From Planctomycetota bacterium (GTDB taxonomy: Bacteria > Planctomycetota > SZUA-567 > H5-PLA8): 64,000 nucleotides of DNA. This document shows positions 29,697 to 40,018 of the stretch, piece by piece. Within the stretch, counting starts at the first letter, position 1. Each line of letters begins with the position of its first letter. The translations under genes were made by a program, and so were the position numbers. Where the stretch lies: the NCBI GenBank assembly GCA_038227875.1, contig JBBRPR010000004.1, positions 190,567-254,566 of the forward strand, read 5' to 3'. The notes under the pieces were generated by a model, which worked only from the letters and a program-made list of their open reading frames with translations, made no database searches and had not been told where the DNA came from.

Positions 29697-30860
29697 GTGA
29701 AACGGTATTGTTTGTTGGCGATGCTATTTTGCTTTGTGTCCTGTGCGGGCGTGACGGCTGAAACCGCAATTCTGATGGACGATCCCTCCACAGCGAATCA
29801 GGCAGAACTGGCAGCGGATCGCCGCGCTGCGATTCAAAAGAAACTGACCGAAGCCGAAAACATGCGCACCTATCCGCTCTGGGATGGCGCGGAATCCGTG
29901 GCGGATTACGCCAAGCGCATCAATATTCCACCGGCGATCACCGTACAACTGCGACCGGGTGTCAGCATCGAGATGGTGCTGATTCCGGCCGGCAATTTCA
30001 TGATGGGAGTGGAAGAACCCGTCAAGCCCAGCGCATCGCCTTATCAAACCATCGAGAGCGAAACGCTCACCGGACTGGGGTTGGCGTTGTTCATTTCCAT
30101 GCTCGTTATCCCTCTCGGGCGCGCACGGCGGTTGAACCAGCGCCCCTCATTTTCACTGCGCTGGCTGATGGTTTTCACCGTGGGCTTAAGCCTGATCTCC
30201 CTCGGCGCAGCCCGGTTGATCCAAGGCGATCCATGGGAGAAATACAAGGAGGAGATGTCTCGCTACAATGCAGTGCCCGGCGATGAGAAACCCGCCCTGT
30301 TCGAATGCGTCGGCCATCCCTTCTACATGAGCAAATTCAAACTCACGCAGGCCGAGGCCGGTCCGAACCTTTACGCATTCATAGGAGATAAAAATCCGGC
30401 GGAGTCCAACCATATCGGGTACGCCAAAGCGTATTGTGAGGAATTCAATCACCATCAAACCGACGAACTCGCGTGCATTCGCATCCCCACAGAAGCCGAA
30501 TGGGAATTCGCCTGCCGCGCCGGATCGCGGAGCGACTACGGCACTGGCAACCTTGAATCGGATCTGGATGCGCTCGCCTGGTATGTGAACAACAGCGGCG
30601 GTACGACGCATCCCGTCGGTCAGAAAGCTCCGAACAAATTCGGCCTGTACGACATGCTCGGCAATCTCCCCGAATGGTGCACGTCCGACTACGGCATCAT
30701 TGTCCGAGGCGGCTCCTTTGCATCGCCTCCCTACCACTGCCGGACGCACAGCAGACGACCGGAATATGGCTACTTCTACGGCGCGGACAAAGGTCTCGTC
30801 GGCATCCGACTGGTCATGCCCTGCTGGGCCGCCAAATATCTGGAGCCGGGAACGCAGTAA
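29697..30860 (+). CDS. FGE-sulfatase (SUMF1/EgtB/PvdO) domain protein with internal TM hairpin
   Basis: MVLIPAGNFMMG, RIPTEAEWEFACRAG, PNKFGLYDMLGN..EW, RGGSF, GIRL. Confidence 0.88.
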   Translation: MKRYCLLAMLFCFVSCAGVTAETAILMDDPSTANQAELAADRRAAIQKKLTEAENMRTYPLWDGAESVADYAKRINIPPAITVQLRPGVSIEMVLIPAGNFMMGVEEPVKPSASPYQTIESETLTGLGLALFISMLVIPLGRARRLNQRPSFSLRWLMVFTVGLSLISLGAARLIQGDPWEKYKEEMSRYNAVPGDEKPALFECVGHPFYMSKFKLTQAEAGPNLYAFIGDKNPAESNHIGYAKAYCEEFNHHQTDELACIRIPTEAEWEFACRAGSRSDYGTGNLESDLDALAWYVNNSGGTTHPVGQKAPNKFGLYDMLGNLPEWCTSDYGIIVRGGSFASPPYHCRTHSRRPEYGYFYGADKGLVGIRLVMPCWAAKYLEPGTQ

Positions 30861-31100
30861 ACCTAGTTTTAAAACTTATGTATTAAATCATTGATAAACC
30901 CTATTCTGCGGTCTATTATCACGGATTGGATGCCCCGCTCTCTGACAATCGCATAGCGGTTTCTGTACGTTCGGCCATACACGCGGAGCTATTCCACGGA
31001 GAACTACGCCTTCGTGGATTAGCTCCACCGAGCTTCTACAACCGGCCAGGCAGGTACAACAACGCTGTTGTACCGGAAAACACCAAGCACCTGAAAACGC

Positions 31101-31182
31101 GTAACATTTTGTAACATTCTGTCACATTTGCCTATGAAGCTTGTGTGGTACTTCACCCCGTGCAAGTGACCCGAATGTTACA
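31101..31182. promoter_or_regulatory. Putative regulator binding sites upstream of ilvD
   Basis: Three 10-bp-period repeats GTAACATTTT GTAACATTCT GTCACATTTG plus an inverted copy GAATGTTACA at 31173. Confidence 0.4.
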
Positions 31183-31267
31183 TCGGACTGAAGGTCCGTA
31201 GGCCCGGATCATGACTTCGACTTTCGGCCTCGATCCGCTAAAAAGGATCGCAGGAGGTAAGACCACC

Positions 31268-32950
31268 ATGCGTTCCGACATGATCAAGAAGGGCTTCGAC
31301 CGGGCTCCGCACCGCAGCTTGCTGCGCGCGACGGGCAAGATTGAATCCAATGAAGATTTCAAGAAGCCCTTCATCGCCGTCTGCAACAGTTACGTCGACA
31401 TCATCCCCGGCCACGCCCATCTGCAGGCGTTCGGCAAGCTCGCCCGCGACGCGGTTCGCGCGGCCGGCGGCGTGCCCTTCGAATTCAACACCATCGGCGT
31501 CGACGACGGCATCGTCATGGGCCATTCGGGCATGCGCTACAGCCTGCCCTCGCGCGAACTGATCGCCGACTGCGTCGAGACCATGGCCAAGGCCCATTGC
31601 TTCGACGGCATGATCTGCATCACCAACTGCGACAAGATCGTCCCCGGCATGCTGATGGGCGCGGCGCGCGTCAACATCCCCACCATCTTCGTCTCCGGCG
31701 GACCGATGAAAGCCGGCGTCGACAAGGACGGCAAGAAAGCCGACCTGATCACCGTCTTCGAAGCCGTCGGCCTCCAGGCCTCCGGCCGCATCGACGCCAA
31801 ACAGCTCAGCGCGCTGGAAGAGATCGCCTGCCCGACCTGCGGTTCGTGCTCCGGCATGTTCACCGCCAATTCCATGAACTGCCTCTGCGAAGCACTGGGC
31901 ATCGCGCTCCCCGGCAACGGCACGCGCCTGGCGATCACGCAGGAACGCAAGGACCTCGTCACCCAGGCCGCCACGCAGTTGATCTCACTGATCGAGAAGG
32001 ATCTCAAATTCGGCGACGTGGTCACGGCCGGCAGCATCGACAACGCCGTGGCGCTCGACATGGCCATGGGCGGCTCGACCAACACCGTGCTCCACGTCCT
32101 GGCGCTCGCTGTTGAAGCCGGCGTCGATTATCCGCTCGAACGCTTCAACGAAGTCTCCGCGCGCGTGCCGCATCTGGCCAAGGTCAGCCCCGCGTGGGAC
32201 GGACCCAAGCAGTGGCACATCGAAGACGTCGACCGCGCCGGCGGCATCAGCGCGATCTTGAAAGAGCTCTCGAAGAAGCCCGGCGTGCTCGACCTGACCC
32301 GCCCGACCGTGACCGGCAAGTCGCTCGGTGAAAACCTCGCCGGTGTCGAGAACTTGAACCCGGAATGCATCCGTCCATTTGAGACGCCGCATTCGGTGCG
32401 CGGCGGACTGTGCGTGCTCTTCGGCAACCTCGCGCTGGAAGGCGCGGTGATCAAGGTCGGCGCCGTCGATCAGAAGGAAATGAAGTTCACCGGCCCCGCT
32501 CATGTTTTCGAGAGCGAAGAGCTGGCGCTCGACGCCGCGAAAGCCAACAAGATCGTCGCCGGCGATGTGGTCGTCGTGCGCAACGAAGGCCCGCGCGGCG
32601 GACCTGGCATGCGCGAAATGCTGCAGCTCACCGCGTTCGTAAAGGGCACGCCGCTGAGCGACAAGGTCGCGCTGATCACCGACGGCCGCTTCTCCGGCGG
32701 CACGCGCGGTCTGTGCATCGGCCACGTTTCTCCCGAAGCGGCCGAGGGCGGCGCGATCGGGTTGATCCAGAACGGCGACATCATCCACATCGATCTCAAC
32801 GCGCGGAAGTTGAACGTGGAACTCACCGACGAACAGCTGGCCGAGCGCAAGAAGAGCTGGCGCCATCCCGACCCGATCAGCGGCCGCGGCTGGCTGCCGC
32901 GCTACCAGAAGCTGGTCGGCAACGCCTCGCGCGGCGCAGTTCTGGGGTAG
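31268..32950 (+). CDS. ilvD: Dihydroxy-acid dehydratase
   Basis: [71 protein letters not shown]. Confidence 0.98.
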   Translation: MRSDMIKKGFDRAPHRSLLRATGKIESNEDFKKPFIAVCNSYVDIIPGHAHLQAFGKLARDAVRAAGGVPFEFNTIGVDDGIVMGHSGMRYSLPSRELIADCVETMAKAHCFDGMICITNCDKIVPGMLMGAARVNIPTIFVSGGPMKAGVDKDGKKADLITVFEAVGLQASGRIDAKQLSALEEIACPTCGSCSGMFTANSMNCLCEALGIALPGNGTRLAITQERKDLVTQAATQLISLIEKDLKFGDVVTAGSIDNAVALDMAMGGSTNTVLHVLALAVEAGVDYPLERFNEVSARVPHLAKVSPAWDGPKQWHIEDVDRAGGISAILKELSKKPGVLDLTRPTVTGKSLGENLAGVENLNPECIRPFETPHSVRGGLCVLFGNLALEGAVIKVGAVDQKEMKFTGPAHVFESEELALDAAKANKIVAGDVVVVRNEGPRGGPGMREMLQLTAFVKGTPLSDKVALITDGRFSGGTRGLCIGHVSPEAAEGGAIGLIQNGDIIHIDLNARKLNVELTDEQLAERKKSWRHPDPISGRGWLPRYQKLVGNASRGAVLG

Positions 32951-33071
32951 GCGCCTTGCGGCGCAGGGGCCAGTGTATAGACGCACACCGCAGGTGATTG
33001 GCGGTGTGGCGCGGTCGTGGCGAGAAGGTAGTCGGCACAAGCAGGTGGCAGTTACGGAAGAGCGAGAGAGT

Positions 33072-33302
33072 ATGCCCGACCCCAAACCTCAATCCCAACC
33101 CAACAACCCGCTCCACGGCCTGACGCTCGAAGCCATCGTCACCGAGCTCGTCGCGCGGCACGGCTGGCCGGAGCTCGGCAAGCGCATCAACATCCGCTGC
33201 TTCACGTCCAACCCGAGCGTCAAGTCGAGCCTCACCTTTCTGCGCAAAACGCCGTGGGCGCGGCAGAAGGTTGAAGATCTGTATCTGGAATCGAAGCGCT
33301 AA
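33072..33302 (+). CDS. VF530/DUF2132 family small DNA-binding protein
   Basis: [10 protein letters not shown]...GW.EL...[24 protein letters not shown]. Confidence 0.9.
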   Translation: MPDPKPQSQPNNPLHGLTLEAIVTELVARHGWPELGKRINIRCFTSNPSVKSSLTFLRKTPWARQKVEDLYLESKR

Positions 33303-33307
33303 ATAGA

Positions 33308-33351
33308 ACTGCCTCTATCCATCGGCCGTTTGACCGACGAATAGAGGCAGT
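33308..33351. terminator. Hairpin between convergent genes
   Basis: ACTGCCTCTAT...ATAGAGGCAGT stem; no strong U-tract. Confidence 0.5.
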
Positions 33352-33373
33352 GACTTGTGTCGCCGTACTTCGC

Positions 33374-35686
33374 TTACTTGCCCTGCTTGCCGAAGACGAA
33401 CTTGGCGCTGTTGTTCTTGAACTTCACCGGGAACGTCGCCTGGTAGCTACCGCTGTTGAACTTCACAGTTACGGTCACCGACGTCGGCAGGCCAGCGGCG
33501 TCGACCGTCGCGCTGGCGATCAGACCGGCCAGCAGGTCACCAGTGAACTTCGCGGTGAAGTCCGCTTCTTCCGGCTTGGTCTTGTTCTTGCGGAAGATGC
33601 GGAACGCGTTCGCGCCGCTCTTGCCCGCGCCCTTGCTATCCAGCACGAACGTCTGCGAGTTGGTTCCGAATGAGAGCACAATCGTCTGCCCGGCCAGGAC
33701 CAGGTCCGCCGGCACGTGGAGCACGCCGACGATCGAGACTTTGTCGGCGCCCTTGGCCAGCTTGACACTCGCCGACTTGACGCGGAAGGCGATGCCGGTG
33801 ACCGTCACCAGCAGCGACTGCTTGGAGGTCAGGCCGGTGTTCGGATCCGTCAGCGTCACCGTCACGGTGTACGTGCCAGGCGTCGTGTACTGATGCGACG
33901 GGTTGGCACCGCTGCCGGTCGTGCCGTCTCCGAAGTCCCACGTAAAGGTGCCCGTTCCGCCAGCGGTGAACTGCACCGTCTGAGTGGTGATCGCCGGACT
34001 GGGGACGGCCGTCGGCGGAATGAGCGTCGGCGGCGTGGTCGGGGTTGCGGATTCGAATGCGCCAATGTCCGCAGCAGCGTCCTGCACGCGCGGATAGCCT
34101 GGACCACGCTGATCGGTGGTCAACGCGCCGGCGCTGCCCTTGTCGATGGCCGGGCTGCCCTTCAGCAACGCATGGGTGAAGGTCGGTCCGCCGTTGTCCT
34201 TCAACGTATCAATCTTCGGATCGGCATTGAGGATGTCCGTGGCGATCGTGAAGCCCGCGGAGCCCGTCGCGTTCGACAACAGATTGAATCCCAGCGATGA
34301 GACCGAACCGCTGCTGTCCGGTCCGGTGGCCGCGGTGTTGTTGGCGAAGAGTGTGCTGACGATGGAGGTGCCGGAGATCGCGGAGTTCAGTCCGCCACCC
34401 GTCGCCGAACCGGCTGCGCCGGCCGTGCCGTCCGCGTGGCCGCCGGTCGAAACGCCTCCCGCCGCAGCAGCACCCGCGGTGGCGGTATTCAACGCGATCG
34501 TGGAGTTATCGATGATGGCGGACGTCACGCTGGATTGAATCGAAATGCCGCCACCCTGAGCCGATCCGCCCCCGGTGGAGTTTCCACCGTTGTTGGTGGT
34601 GGGTAACGCGGTACCGGTGCCGGCGTTGCCGCCAAAAGCGCCCGCTCCACCCGTGACGGAGTTACCCGAGACCGTCGAATTGATCAGCGTAACCGTGCCT
34701 CCGGTGGCAAAAACGCCGCCGCCAAATGCGCTGCCGCTGCCTCCAGCATTGCCGCCATTACCGCCGTACAAATTGCCCGTGAAACCCAGGCCGCCGGCGC
34801 CGCCAGTCCCGCCTAACGCGCTGTTGCCGTTGATGGTCGATCCGGTAATGCTGAGCGTGCACCCCGCGACGCTGATTGCGCCGCCCTGCGCGGTGCTGCC
34901 ATTTGAGCCGTTTCCACCATTGATGAAGCCCGAATATCCAACGCCGCCCTTGCCGCCAACTCCAGCTTTCGCCTGATTGTTGCGAAGGGTGGTGTTGATG
35001 AGGGTCAGCGATCCGCCGGATGCGTATACCGCCCCGCCATCCGCCGGATAGGCCCCGGTTAAGCTGCTTAGGCCCTGGGTCGCGTCAACGCCATTGGTAC
35101 CCTGGGAGACGTTCTGTTCCAGAACCACAGTGTCCAATGTAATGTTGCTATTGGAGCTGCTGATCGCACCGCCCCGGGCGCCGGCAAGCAGAATTCGAGA
35201 GAGTGGCGAAGCAAAAAACGGAAGGCCGGGATCCTGCGCCAATCCATTTCGAATCGTCAGGTTCTTCAAGGTCAACTTGGTGTTGGAAACAGCAAACGCG
35301 CGGTCGATGGTCGCCGCGTCGATGATGGTCAATCCCGGTCCGGCGCCCTGAATCGTGATTCCGCCGTTCAGTCGCGAGACGTCCAGGTCTCCGGCATTGG
35401 CATTGATGCGGCCAGCGACCGAGAGCGTGTATGTTCCCGCGCCCAGAAAAATGTGGTCTTCCACCGCGGAGGAGTCGGCGTTCGCCTGCTTGATCGCGTC
35501 GCGCAAGCTGCCGTCGCCTGAACCGGTGAAGTCGGTGAACTTCGTCGGCGTGAAATCCTGCGCCAGCAGCGGCGCGCCGTGGCTCAACGCCCACATCGCG
35601 ACGACGAGCGGCGCCTTCTTATAAAGGGAGCGCCAGGCGGGCTGGGTTTCGGAGCGGAGTGTAATTTCGCGATTCAAAATGGTCAT
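33374..35686 (-). CDS. Gly/Ser/Thr-rich surface protein with choice-of-anchor-Q-like region and PKD domain
   Basis: GSLRDAI; GG.GG.G repeats; DNGGPTFTHALLKGSPAIDKG...DQRG...DIGAFE; WDFGDG...HQYTTPGTYTVT; start uncertain. Confidence 0.88.
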   Translation of the reverse strand: MTILNREITLRSETQPAWRSLYKKAPLVVAMWALSHGAPLLAQDFTPTKFTDFTGSGDGSLRDAIKQANADSSAVEDHIFLGAGTYTLSVAGRINANAGDLDVSRLNGGITIQGAGPGLTIIDAATIDRAFAVSNTKLTLKNLTIRNGLAQDPGLPFFASPLSRILLAGARGGAISSSNSNITLDTVVLEQNVSQGTNGVDATQGLSSLTGAYPADGGAVYASGGSLTLINTTLRNNQAKAGVGGKGGVGYSGFINGGNGSNGSTAQGGAISVAGCTLSITGSTINGNSALGGTGGAGGLGFTGNLYGGNGGNAGGSGSAFGGGVFATGGTVTLINSTVSGNSVTGGAGAFGGNAGTGTALPTTNNGGNSTGGGSAQGGGISIQSSVTSAIIDNSTIALNTATAGAAAAGGVSTGGHADGTAGAAGSATGGGLNSAISGTSIVSTLFANNTAATGPDSSGSVSSLGFNLLSNATGSAGFTIATDILNADPKIDTLKDNGGPTFTHALLKGSPAIDKGSAGALTTDQRGPGYPRVQDAAADIGAFESATPTTPPTLIPPTAVPSPAITTQTVQFTAGGTGTFTWDFGDGTTGSGANPSHQYTTPGTYTVTVTLTDPNTGLTSKQSLLVTVTGIAFRVKSASVKLAKGADKVSIVGVLHVPADLVLAGQTIVLSFGTNSQTFVLDSKGAGKSGANAFRIFRKNKTKPEEADFTAKFTGDLLAGLIASATVDAAGLPTSVTVTVKFNSGSYQATFPVKFKNNSAKFVFGKQGK

Positions 35687-35730
35687 GCGTGATCCTTGAG
35701 TGTTCTTGTTTTCCTGTTACGTTAGCCGAC

Positions 35731-37605
35731 ATGGCCAACTTATTGTTTGCTTGGGAACTCGGCGCTGGCTTGGGACATATTGCACCCTGCCGCACGCTGT
35801 TTGAGAAGCTCCTACAACGCGGACACACGTTAACTCTAGTCCTACGCGACCTTTCCCGCGCAAAAACTATTTATGAGGGGCTTAACCTAGCCGTGCTGCA
35901 GGCGCCAGTCAAGACATATCTCCCCGCAAACAATGTCAATAATGCGATCACCTACACCCACATCCTGCACAATGCGGGGTTTGAGTCTCTCGACGAGCTG
36001 GACGGCCTAGTCTCGGCTTGGCGCAAGCTCTATGAACTGACGGACCCGGATCTGGTGCTGACGGATTACAGTCCGACCGCCCTACTGGCTCTGCGTGGCT
36101 TTCGCGCCCGGCGGATGACGATCGGTTGTGGCTTCCTCATTCCACCGGACACGTATCCTTTTCAGAACATGCGTCCGTGGCAACCCTTCGACAGTGAAGC
36201 TGCGAAAGCCGACGAAGACGAAATTTGCCAGCAGATTAACCAGGTGCTCGCGCGTCACGCTCAACCGCCGCTGGAACGGATCGGCCAGCTCTACGGCGAG
36301 GTCGACGACACGGTGCTTACGACCTACCCGGAGCTGGATCACTACTGCGAACGCCGCGGCGGCACGTACTGGGGCGTGCGCCGGGGTTTTCGAGGCGCGG
36401 ACTTTCAGTGGCCGGCCGGAAGTGGTCCCAGGATTTTCGCCTACCTGCGCCCCTCGCCGCACATTGAATCCGTGTTACTGGCGCTGAAGAACACCGGACA
36501 CCCGACGGTGCTCTGCGCCGATCAGATTCCGGCCGAAACGCTGAAGAAATTCGAATGCGAAACGCTGCGCGTGGAAACTCGCCTCATCAACATTCAACAG
36601 GTTGCAGCCGAATGTTCGCTGGCGGTGCTTAACGGCAATCACGACACGTCCTGCGCTCTGTTGCTGGCGGGCAAACCGGTGATCTTCGTGCCGCTGACGC
36701 TGGAGCATTGGATGTTCGCCGTCACTGTTCAACGCATCGGCGCGGGAATGCTCGTCAATCCCGACCGGCCTGGAGAATTCGAATCGAAATTCGCCACGCT
36801 TCTCAGCTCCACGGCCATTTACACGAAAGCAGCCCAACGCTTCGCGGCGCGGTACGCTCAGAACGACCTCGCGCAGGTGGAAGACCTGCTGGTCAAACGC
36901 ATCGAAGAGATTCTCGACCCCGCCTGGCCGCAGCGGCGCCGGCCCATGGCATCACCTCTTATCAGCAGCGGCGAGCCGCTGGCGCCTGTCGCCGGGGCGA
37001 TGCCCGCGGCACCGACTCCCGCCTCAGCGCCTGCTTATTCCGTCGGCATGGTGCGCAACCCTGCGGCTCCGCCCCCCGTCGACGCGGCCGGAAAATCGAA
37101 CAGCGAACTGGATGCCGCCCTGGCACTTCACCAACAAGGACGCGTGCAGGAAGCGGCCGCGCTGTATCAGGCGGTCCTTGCCAGGCAGCCCAACGATCCC
37201 ACCGCGCTCCATTTGCTCGGCGTGGTGCATTTGCAGACGGGAAATTTCGCCGCCGCCGTGGAATTGATCGGCCGTGCGATCGCAATCCTGCCCAACGAAT
37301 CGTCGTTCCACAGCAATCTCGCCGAAGCGCATCGCAACCTCGGCCAGTATGACGCCGCGGTCGAACACTGTCTCACCGCGCTGCGCCTGAAGCCGGAGTA
37401 TCCGGAAGCGTGCAACAATCTCGCGCTGGCCCTGCAGGCGCAGGGAAAATACAAAGCCGCGATCAGCCGGTACCGCGATGCGATCAAATTCAATCCACGC
37501 TACGGAACCGCGTACAACAATCTCGGTTCGCTGCTGGGCGAGCTGGGCCAGTTCGCGGACGCACGCGCCTGTTTTGAGCAGGCGTCGCGGGCCGTTCAAA
37601 GATAA
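35731..37605 (+). CDS. GT-B fold (GT1-like) glycosyltransferase fused to C-terminal TPR array
   Basis: LFAWELGAGLGHI, PDLVLTDYSP, NGNHDT...AGKP...PLTLEH; Pro/Ala linker; about 5 TPRs (ALHLLG, FHSNLA, ACNNLA, AYNNLG). Confidence 0.8.
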   Translation: MANLLFAWELGAGLGHIAPCRTLFEKLLQRGHTLTLVLRDLSRAKTIYEGLNLAVLQAPVKTYLPANNVNNAITYTHILHNAGFESLDELDGLVSAWRKLYELTDPDLVLTDYSPTALLALRGFRARRMTIGCGFLIPPDTYPFQNMRPWQPFDSEAAKADEDEICQQINQVLARHAQPPLERIGQLYGEVDDTVLTTYPELDHYCERRGGTYWGVRRGFRGADFQWPAGSGPRIFAYLRPSPHIESVLLALKNTGHPTVLCADQIPAETLKKFECETLRVETRLINIQQVAAECSLAVLNGNHDTSCALLLAGKPVIFVPLTLEHWMFAVTVQRIGAGMLVNPDRPGEFESKFATLLSSTAIYTKAAQRFAARYAQNDLAQVEDLLVKRIEEILDPAWPQRRRPMASPLISSGEPLAPVAGAMPAAPTPASAPAYSVGMVRNPAAPPPVDAAGKSNSELDAALALHQQGRVQEAAALYQAVLARQPNDPTALHLLGVVHLQTGNFAAAVELIGRAIAILPNESSFHSNLAEAHRNLGQYDAAVEHCLTALRLKPEYPEACNNLALALQAQGKYKAAISRYRDAIKFNPRYGTAYNNLGSLLGELGQFADARACFEQASRAVQR

Positions 37606-37740
37606 CAGATGGGATCGGGCATCGGGCATCTGCCTTTTGGAAGGCGCGTCCGTAAAACTCAATTGAAGCAAAAGCCTTTGTAGCACGGGGAGCATACGAA
37701 CTGACCGATGCCCGATGCCCGATCCCCGATCCCATCTGTT
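37604..37740. repeat. MITE/REP-like element (family C)
   Basis: Terminal inverted repeats AACAGATGGGATCGGG / CCCGATCCCATCTGTT with CCCGATG heptamers; second copy 57752-57916. Confidence 0.8.
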
Positions 37741-37809
37741 TGAGCGATTGGAATGAAACCAAACAGCGTTCCCTCTGGCTTTGATTGTGAAAAGAGCTAA
37801 AATCAAACC

Positions 37810-39990
37810 ATGATCGGCCACCCGATTCGTTGCGCCATTTTTGCGCTGAGCGCCGTTGCGTTCGCGTTGATGGGCGGTGCACGGGCTCAGCAGGTGCCCG
37901 GCGAAATCGTCGATCCCAATGCGCCGCCCGGGCCGCTCTCGCCCAAGGCCGCCGAAGTCCTCGATCCGGATAAAGACACCAACGAGGAGAAACCCAATCA
38001 GCCCAAAGTCGTGATCGCCGCCGACGGCGAAGCGCGGCCCGGCTGCTGGTTCATGGTCGATGGCTCCGCATCGAAAGACCCGCTCGACTACCCGCTGACG
38101 TTTCAATGGAAGCAGACCGCCGGTCCGGCCATCGCGCTGACGTCGGCGGAAACCCAGGAACCGCATCTCTGGCTCTTCATCGTCCAGCCCGGTGACTACC
38201 GGTTCACGCTCCGAGCCACCAACGAAAACGGCGTCTACGGGCAGAAGGAAGTGAAGTTCTCCGTGGCTGCCGGTCAGGCCGGGTTCTCCGAAAGCGAAGG
38301 CCGCAAAGTCGTCGGCTTCGGCGAACTCGCGTCGCTGCCCGGTGAAGGCTGGCGCCAGGTCGCCGGCCCGGAAGTGGAACTCAACACCGACGACGAAGGC
38401 TACAGTTTCCGCCCGGCCCGCGCGGGGCTCTACATCTTCGAAGCGCCGCGCGCCGGCGACATTCCCGAACGCCGCGGCATCTTCGTGCCGCCGGGCCGCA
38501 GGCCTCCGTTTGGCGACCGCCGGCCACTCTGTTACGTGCCGAAGAACCTCGTCGGCAAAGCGCACAAGCCGCTGATCATCGACGGCTCGCTGTCGCGCCA
38601 TCCCGATGGTCAGGAAGAAACGCAGGCGCTGAAGGCCAACTGGATCACGCTCGACAAGCACCGCGGCATCGAGATCGAAGAGCTGCCGGGTCTGCGCGCA
38701 CGCTTCAAGGCCTCGCGCGAAGGCGTCTACGAAGTGAAGCTCGCCGTCTCCGACGGACGGCTGACGTCGAAGCCCGAGTCGGTCTTCATCAAGATCGAAC
38801 CGGGCGAGGATGAAGAAGGCATCGACACGTCGATTCCGCAGTTTCAAGACCAGACCGATCCGTACCAGGACGACATCCGTTTCACCAAGACCGACGTAAA
38901 GCTGGGCCTGTGGGAAGGCAATCTTGACCGCGCGGTCCAGCTTTTCCCGTCGCGCTGCGGCGCGGCGTTGCGCGTCGATCCGGAAATGGCGTTGCCGGAT
39001 AAGTTCGAACAGATGCCGCTGGCGCTGGAAGTGATGAACGGCCCGCTCATGCACATGATCGACTGGGTCTCGCGCCAGACGGATTCCTACTACCGCCGCG
39101 AACACAACACGGCGTTCTGGCTCACGCGCCCGATGGGCTGGATGAAAGACGATGCAATCAAAACCGTCGCGGTTCAAGCCGATGCGTTGAGCGAAAAGCC
39201 GGATGGCGCCGACCTGATGCTGGCGCTGAAACCGTGGGCGCAGCGCTTCACGTCCGCCAATCCCGACTGCACGCTCACCTTTGAAAAGGATTCGCAGTCG
39301 CTGATCGGCAATCTGCCGCTTTCCGCCAACAACCGGCTGATCGAAATCTGCAAAGCGCTGCGCATGCCGACCGGCAACGGCCTGCCGCCGCCGGAGATGC
39401 CGCCGGCCGTCGAATGGCGATTACGCAAGCAGCTCGGCGACAAGAAAATCACGCTGAAGGAAATCCACCTCCGCGTCGACCTGCTGCTGCGCCGCCTCGC
39501 TCAGGAATCCGGCCTGGCCATCGCCATGGATCCGCGCCAGTTTCCGAACGGACTGCCGCGCATCGATGTTGACGTCACCAATGCGCCGATCCGCGAGGTG
39601 GTGCGCACGATCGTCGCCGCGGCGGATTTCAGCGGCTGCTCGATGGAAATCCCCGGCGGCCTCTGGTTCTACAAGGGCCCCATGCCGTATCCCAACCGCG
39701 AGTTGCTCTGGGACCAGTCGATCGTCCAGGCTTACGACGTCTCGCGCCTGCTGGCGCTGATCGCGCCGATCAGCGGCGAGATGATCGCTCATGAGATTCA
39801 ATGCCACATCTATCCCGAAACGTGGAGCGATCCGGGCGCGCTGGTCTTCTACCATAAACCGACGCAGAAACTGCTGGTGATGCACGGCCCCGCCGCGCAC
39901 CGCAAGATCCTCGAATTCCTGATCGACCTGGCCGAACGCGGAGAGTGGGCGCTGGGGCCGGTGGAGGAAGCGACGCCGGTGAAGAAGTGA
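37810..39990 (+). CDS. Secreted protein with PKD/Ig-like domains and secretin/STN-like N-domains
   Basis: Signal peptide; DGSASKDP...LTFQWKQTAGP, PGDYRFTL, GVYEVKLAVSDG; C-terminal QAYDVS.L...I.PETW...LLVM. Confidence 0.7.
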   Translation: MIGHPIRCAIFALSAVAFALMGGARAQQVPGEIVDPNAPPGPLSPKAAEVLDPDKDTNEEKPNQPKVVIAADGEARPGCWFMVDGSASKDPLDYPLTFQWKQTAGPAIALTSAETQEPHLWLFIVQPGDYRFTLRATNENGVYGQKEVKFSVAAGQAGFSESEGRKVVGFGELASLPGEGWRQVAGPEVELNTDDEGYSFRPARAGLYIFEAPRAGDIPERRGIFVPPGRRPPFGDRRPLCYVPKNLVGKAHKPLIIDGSLSRHPDGQEETQALKANWITLDKHRGIEIEELPGLRARFKASREGVYEVKLAVSDGRLTSKPESVFIKIEPGEDEEGIDTSIPQFQDQTDPYQDDIRFTKTDVKLGLWEGNLDRAVQLFPSRCGAALRVDPEMALPDKFEQMPLALEVMNGPLMHMIDWVSRQTDSYYRREHNTAFWLTRPMGWMKDDAIKTVAVQADALSEKPDGADLMLALKPWAQRFTSANPDCTLTFEKDSQSLIGNLPLSANNRLIEICKALRMPTGNGLPPPEMPPAVEWRLRKQLGDKKITLKEIHLRVDLLLRRLAQESGLAIAMDPRQFPNGLPRIDVDVTNAPIREVVRTIVAAADFSGCSMEIPGGLWFYKGPMPYPNRELLWDQSIVQAYDVSRLLALIAPISGEMIAHEIQCHIYPETWSDPGALVFYHKPTQKLLVMHGPAAHRKILEFLIDLAERGEWALGPVEEATPVKK

Positions 39991-40018
39991 CGGTATAGAA
40001 ATTTGATGTTTGTTTGCT

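Noticed and set aside
28561..30860. Diversity-generating retroelement (FGE/CLec-fold target; repeat pair differing at an A)
   Set aside because: No reverse transcriptase, no template repeat for the FGE 3' end, and only one mismatch in the 54-bp pair
30861..31267. ilv attenuator leader peptide or T-box upstream of ilvD
   Set aside because: No Ile/Leu/Val-rich short ORF with terminator and no T-box motif seen
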